From Bugula neritina (taxonomy: Eukaryota > Animalia > Bryozoa): a stretch of DNA of 64,000 nt. This document shows, one piece after another, positions 57,201-64,000 of this stretch; within the stretch, counting starts at the first letter, position 1, and every line of letters begins with the position of its first letter. A model generated the notes under the pieces. That model saw only the letters and a program-made list of their open reading frames with translations. It did no database searches and was not told where the DNA came from. The stretch covers positions 248,001 to 312,000 of the forward strand of contig CAXIUT010000126.1 in NCBI GenBank assembly GCA_964035545.1, in the 5' to 3' direction. The translations under genes and the position numbers were made by a program.

Positions 57201-60200
57201 GCAACACACTGAAATACACTGCAAAATACTACAACATGCTCAAATACACTGTAACATATTGATATACACTGCAACACATTGAAATATACTGCAACATACC
57301 GAAATATATGGTAAACTACTGAAATATACTGTAACACCTTGAAAAATACTGCAACATACTGAAATACACTGCGACACATTGCAATATACTGTAACATACT
57401 GAAATATACTGTAGCACACTGAAATACACTGCAACTCACTGAAATATACTGCAAAACACTGAAATACACTGTAACATATTGAAACATACTGCAACATACT
57501 GAAATACACTGTAACATACTGAAATACACTGCAAAATACTACAACATGCTCAAATACACTGTAACATATTGATATACACTGCAACACATTGAAATATACT
57601 GCAACATACCGAAATATATGGTAAACTACTGAAATATACTGTAACACATTGAAAAATACTGCAACATACTGCGACACATTGCAATATTTTGCAACATACT
57701 GAAATATGCTGTAGCACACTGAAATACACTGCAACTCAATGAAATATACTGCAAAATACTGAAATACACTGTAACATATTGAAACATATTGCAACATACT
57801 GAAATACACTGTAACATACTGAAATACACCACAAATTACTAGAACATATTGAAATACACTGCAACACATTGAAATATACTGCAACATACCTAAATATATG
57901 GTAATATACTGAAATATACGGTAACACATTGAAAAATACTGCAACATACTGAAATACACTGCAAGATACTGCAACATACTGAAATACGCGGCAAAATACT
58001 ACAACATACTGAAATACACTGTAACATATTGAAATACACTGCAACACATTGAAATATACTGCAACGTACCGAAATGTATGGTAAACTACTGAAATATACT
58101 GTAACACATTGAAATATACAGCAACATACTGAAATATACTGCGACACATTGTAATATACTGCAACATACTGAAATATGCTGTAGCATACTGAAATGCACT
58201 GCAACATACTGAAATACCCTGCTACATACTGAAATACACTGCAACATACTGAAATACGCTGTAACATATTGAAATACACTGCAACACATTGAAAAATACT
58301 GCAACATACTGAAATATACTGTAACACACTGAAATATACTACAACATACTGAAATACACTGTAACACACTGAAATATACTGCAACATACTGAAATACACT
58401 GTAACATACTGAAATATACTGCAACATACTGAAATACACTGTAACATACTGAAATACACTGCAACATACTACAACATATTGAAATACACTGCAACACATT
58501 GAAATATACTGCAACACACCGAAATATATGGTAAACTAATGAAATATACTGTAACACATTGAAAAATATTGCAACATACTGAAATATACTGCGACACATT
58601 GCAATATACTGTAACATACTGAAATATGCTGTAGCACACTGAAATACACTGCAACTCACTGAAATATACTGCAACATGCTGAAATACACTGTAACATATT
58701 GAAACATACTGCAACATACTGCAACATACTGAAATACACTGTAACAAACTGAAATACACTGCAAAACACAAGAACATATTGAAATACACTGCAACACATT
58801 GAAATATACTGCAACATACTGTAACACATTGAAAATAACTGCAACATGCTGAAATATACTGCAAGATACTGCAACATACTGAAATACGCCGCAAAATACT
58901 ACAACATACTGAAATACACTGTAACATATTGAAATACACTGCAACACATTGAAATATACTGCGACGTCCTGAAATGTATGGTAAACTACTGAAATATACT
59001 GTAACACATTGAACAATACTGCAACATACTGAAATATACTGCGACACATTGCAATATACTGTAACACACTGAAATATGTTGTAGCACACTGAAATTTACT
59101 GCAACTCACTGAAATATACTGCAACATACTGAAATACACTGCTACATACTGAAATATACTGCAACACATTGAAATATACAGCAACATACTGAAATATACT
59201 GCGACACATTGCAGTATACTGCAACATAGTGAAATATGCTGTAGCATACCGAAATGCACTGCAACATACTGAAATACCCTGCTGCATACTGAAATACACT
59301 GCACCATACTGAAATACGCTGTAACATATTGAAATACACTGCAACACATTGAAATATACTGCAACATACCGAAATATATGGTAAACTACTGAAATACACT
59401 TTAACACATTGAAAAATACTGCAACATACTGAAATACACCGTAACATATTGAAACATACTGCAACGTACTGCAACATACTGAAATATACTGCGACACATT
59501 GCAATATACTGCAACATACTGAAATATGCTGTAGCATACTGAAATACACTGCACTATACTGAAATACCCTGCTACATATTGAAATGAACTGCAACACACT
59601 GAAATACAATGTAATATACTGAATTACACTGCAACACACTGCAACATACCGAAATACGCTGTAACATATTGCAATACACTGCAACACATTGAAATATACT
59701 GTAACTCGCTGAAATATAGTTTAATATACGGAAATGTGTTGTAACATACTGGAAAAAACAGTAACACACTGAAATATACTGCAACATACTGAAATATATT
59801 GCAACATACTGAAATACACTGCTACATACTAAAACATACTGAAATGTACTGCAAGATACTGCAACATACTGAAATACACTGTAACATACTGAAACACACT
59901 GCAACATACTGCATTATACTGACATACACTGGAACAAATTGAAATACACTGCAACTAAATGAAATATACTGCAACACACTGAAACATACGGCAACATACT
60001 GAAATATACTGCGACATACCTAAATATACGGTAATATACCGAAATACACTGTAACACATTTAAAAAATACTGCAAAATACTGAAATACACTGCAACACAC
60101 TGAAATACACTGCAAAATACTACAACATGCTCAAATACACTGTAACATTTTGATATACACTGCAACACATTGAAATATACTGCAACATACCGAAATATAT

Positions 60201-63200
60201 GGTAAACTACTGAAATATACTGTAACACCTTGAAAAATACTGCAACATACTGAAATACACTGCGACACATTGCAATATACTGTAACATACTGAAATATGC
60301 TGTAGCACACTGAAATACACTGCAACTCACTGAAATATACTGCAAAATACTGAAATACACTGTAACATATTGAAACATACTGCAACATACTGAAATACAC
60401 TGTAACATACTGAAATACACTGCAAAATACTACAACATGCTCAAATACACTGTAACATATTGATATACACTGCAACACATTGAAATATACTGCAACATAC
60501 CGAAATATATGGTAAACTACTGAAATATACTGTAACACATTGAAAAATACTGCAACATACTGCGACACATTGCAATATTTTGCAACATACTGAAATATGC
60601 TGTAGCACACTGAAATACACTGCAACTCACTGAAATATACTGCAAAATACTGAAATACACTGTAACATATTGAAACATATTGCAACATACTGAAATACAC
60701 TGTAACATACTGAAATACACCACAAATTACTAGAACATATTGAAATACACTGCAACACATTGAAATATACTGCAACATACTGAAATATACTGCGACACAT
60801 TGTAATATACTGCAACATACTGAAATATGCTGTAGCATACTGAAATGCACTGCAACATACTGAAATACCCTGCTACATACTGAAATACACTGCAACATAC
60901 TGAAATACGCTGTAACATATTGAAATACACTGCAACACATTGAAAAATACTGCAACATACTGAAATATACTGTAACACACTGAAATATACTACAACATAC
61001 TGAAATACACTGTAACACACTGAAATATACTGCAACATACTGAAATACACTGTAACATACTGAAATATACTGCAACATACTGAAATACACTGTAACATAC
61101 TGAAATACACTGCAACATACTACAACATATTGAAATACACTGCAACACATTGAAATATACTGCAACACACCGAAATATATGGTAAACTAATGAAATATAC
61201 TGTAACACATTGAAAAATACTGCAACATACTGAAATATACTGCGACACATTGCAATATACTGTAACATACTGAAATATGCTGTAGCACACTGAAATACAC
61301 TGCAACTCACTGAAATATACTGCAACATGCTGAAATACACTGTAACATATTGAAACATACTGCAACATACTGCAACATACTGAAATACACTGTAACAAAC
61401 TGAAATACACTGCAAAACACAAGAACATATTGAAATACACTGCAACACATTGAAATATACTGCAACATACTGTAACACATTGAAAATAACTGCAACATGC
61501 TGAAATATACTGCAAGATACTGCAACATACTGAAATACGCCGCAAAATACTACAACATACTGAAATACACTGTAACATATTGAAATACACTGCAACACAT
61601 TGAAATATACTGCGACGTCCTGAAATGTATGGTAAACTACTGAAATATACTGTAACACATTGAACAATACTGCAACATACTGAAATATACTGCGACACAT
61701 TGCAATATACTGTAACATACTGAAATATGCTGTAGCACACTGAAATACACTGCAACTCACTGAATTATACTGCAAAATACTGAAATACACTGTAACATAT
61801 TGAAACATACTGCAACATACTGAAATACACTGTAACATACTGAAATACACTGCAAATTACTAGAACATATTGAAATACACTGCAACACATTGAAATATAC
61901 TGCAACATACCTAAATATATGGTAATATACTGAAATATACGGTAACACATTGAAAAATACTGCAACATACTGAAATACACTGCAAGATACTGCAACATAC
62001 TGAAATACGCGGCAAAATACTACAACATACAGAAATACACTGTAACATATTGAAATACACTGCAACACATTGAAATATACTGCAACATACCGAAATATAT
62101 GGTAAACTACTGAAATACACTTTAACACATTGAAAAATACTGCAACATACTGAAATATACTGTAACACACTGAAATATACTACAACATACTGAAATACAC
62201 TGTAACACACTGAAATATACTGCAACATACTGAAATACACTGTAACATACTGAAATATACTGCAACATACTGAAATACACTTTAACATACTGAAATACAC
62301 TGCAACATACTACAACATATTGAAATACACTGCAACAGATTGAAATATACTGAAACATACCTAAATATACGGTAATATACCGAAAAATACTGTAACATAT
62401 TGAAACATACTGCAACATACTGAAATACACTGTAACATACTGAAATACACTGCAAATTACTAGAACATATTGAAATACACTGCAACACATTGAAACATAC
62501 TGCAACATACCTAAATATATGGTAATATACTGAAAAACACTGTAACACAATGAAATATACAGCAACATACTGAAATATACTGCGACACATTGCGATATAC
62601 TGCAACATACTGAAATATGCTGTAGCATACTGAAATGCACTGCAACATACTGAAATACCCTGCTACATACTGAAATAAACTGCAACATACTGAAATACAA
62701 TGTAATATACTGAACTACACTGCAACATACTGCAACATACTGGAATATGCTGTAACATATTGAAATACACTGCAACACATTGAAATATACTGCAAGTCGC
62801 TGAAATATAGTGTAATATACGGAAATGTACTGTAACATACTGGAGTAAACTGTAACACACTGAAATACACTGCAACACACTGAAATACACTGTAACTCAC
62901 TGAAATATACTGCAACATACTGCAACATACTGAAATACACTGTAACATACTGAAACACACTGCAACACACTGCATTATACTGACATACACTGGAACAAAT
63001 TGAAATACACTGCAACTAAATGAAATATACTGCAACACACTGAAACATACGGCAAAATACTGAAATATACTGCGACATACCTAAATATACGGTAATATAC
63101 CGAAATACACTGTAACACATTGAAAAATACTGCAAAATACTGAAATACACTGCAACACACTGAAATACACTGCAAAATACTACAACATGCTCAAATACAC

Positions 63201-64000
63201 TGTAACATATTGATATACACTGCAACACATTGAAATATACTGCAACATACCGAAATATATGGTAAACTACTGAAATATACTGTAACACCTTGAAAAATAC
63301 TGCAACATACTGAAATACACTGCGACACATTGCAATATACTGTAACATACTGAAATATACTGTAGCACACTGAAATACACTGCAACTCACTGAAATATAC
63401 TGCAAAACACTGAAATACACTGTAACATATTGAAACATACTGCAACATACTGAAATACACTGTAACATACTGAAATACACTGCAAAATACAACAACATGC
63501 TCAAATACACTGTAACATATTGATATACACTGCAACACATTGAAATATACTGCAACATACCGAAATATATGGTAAACTACTGAAATATACTGTAACACAT
63601 TGAAAAATACTGCAACATACTGCGACACATTGCAATATTTTGCAACATACTGAAATATGCTGTAGCACACTGAAATACACTGCAACTCACTGAAATATAC
63701 TGCAAAATACTGAAATACACTGTAACATATTGAAACATATTGCAACATACTGAAATACACTGTAACATACTGAAATACACCACAAATTACTAGAACATAT
63801 TGAAATACACTGCAACACATTGAAATATACTGCAACATACCTAAATATATGGTAATATACTGAAATATACGGTAACACATTGAAAAATACTGCAACATAC
63901 TGAAATACACTGCAAGATACTGCAACATACTGAAATACGCGGCAAAATACTACAACATACTGAAATACACTGTAACATATTGAAATACACTGCAACACAT
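51232..64000 (-). repeat. Same 10-bp satellite in inverted orientation
   Basis: Blocks read gcaacatact, gaaatatact, gtaacacatt, the reverse complements of the left-arm monomers. The ORF track flips from + to - at the same point and gives the same pseudo-peptides. Confidence 0.98.
52630..59050 (-). repeat. 3720-bp-offset duplication inside the inverted arm (~52630-55330 vs ~56350-59050)
   Basis: ORF pairs 52962/56682, 53520/57240, 54366/58086 and 54936/58656. Confidence 0.82.

Noticed and set aside
5-63998. Hundreds of 60-400 aa ORFs rich in C/V/Y/F/Q/S
   Set aside because: They are translations of a 10-bp repeat. All three frames give the same peptide motifs, they overlap each other, they appear only on the stop-poor T-rich strand, and they flip with the inversion. 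There is no domain or gene structure.
1-64000. CRISPR array or other repeat-spacer system
   Set aside because: There are no unique spacers between repeats and no cas or other genes. All units are variants of one decamer.
51232-64000. Inverted arm as a foldback or chimeric-read artefact
   Set aside because: The arm is not the mirror of the sequence left of the junction and has its own variants and HOR periods. A contig misjoin still needs a read-level check.
1-64000. Telomeric repeat array
   Set aside because: There are no G-runs or known telomere motif, and kb-scale HORs with an internal inversion fit recombination-driven satellite rather than telomerase addition.

Overview
This window is almost entirely one eukaryote-like satellite array with no credible genes. 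The basic unit is a 10-bp monomer, approximately T(T/G/A)CA(G/A)T(A/G)T(G/A)T, which mostly alternates as a 20-bp dimer, TTCARTRTGT-TRCAGTRTAT. Diagnostic variant monomers are copied in nested higher-order repeats (HORs), with offsets such as 280, 480, 1070, 1190, 2310, 3720, 4631/5821, 9220 and 10280/10301 bp. Two events interrupt the array. The first is a ~180-bp non-satellite insert at ~39292-39482. It reads on the minus strand like the 3' end of a 5'-truncated non-LTR retroelement (stem-loop, AATAAA, (AAAC)n tail) and is flanked by an ATGTTT duplication, with a 48-bp deletion and two substitutions close by. The second is an abrupt switch of array orientation at 51231/51232, after which the satellite runs on the opposite strand to the window end. 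All ORFs in the track are by-products of the 10-bp periodicity. I see no support for a novel protein-coding system; the interest lies in the satellite architecture and history. Offsets and boundaries were obtained by eye and from recurring ORF-track coordinates, so block ends are approximate.
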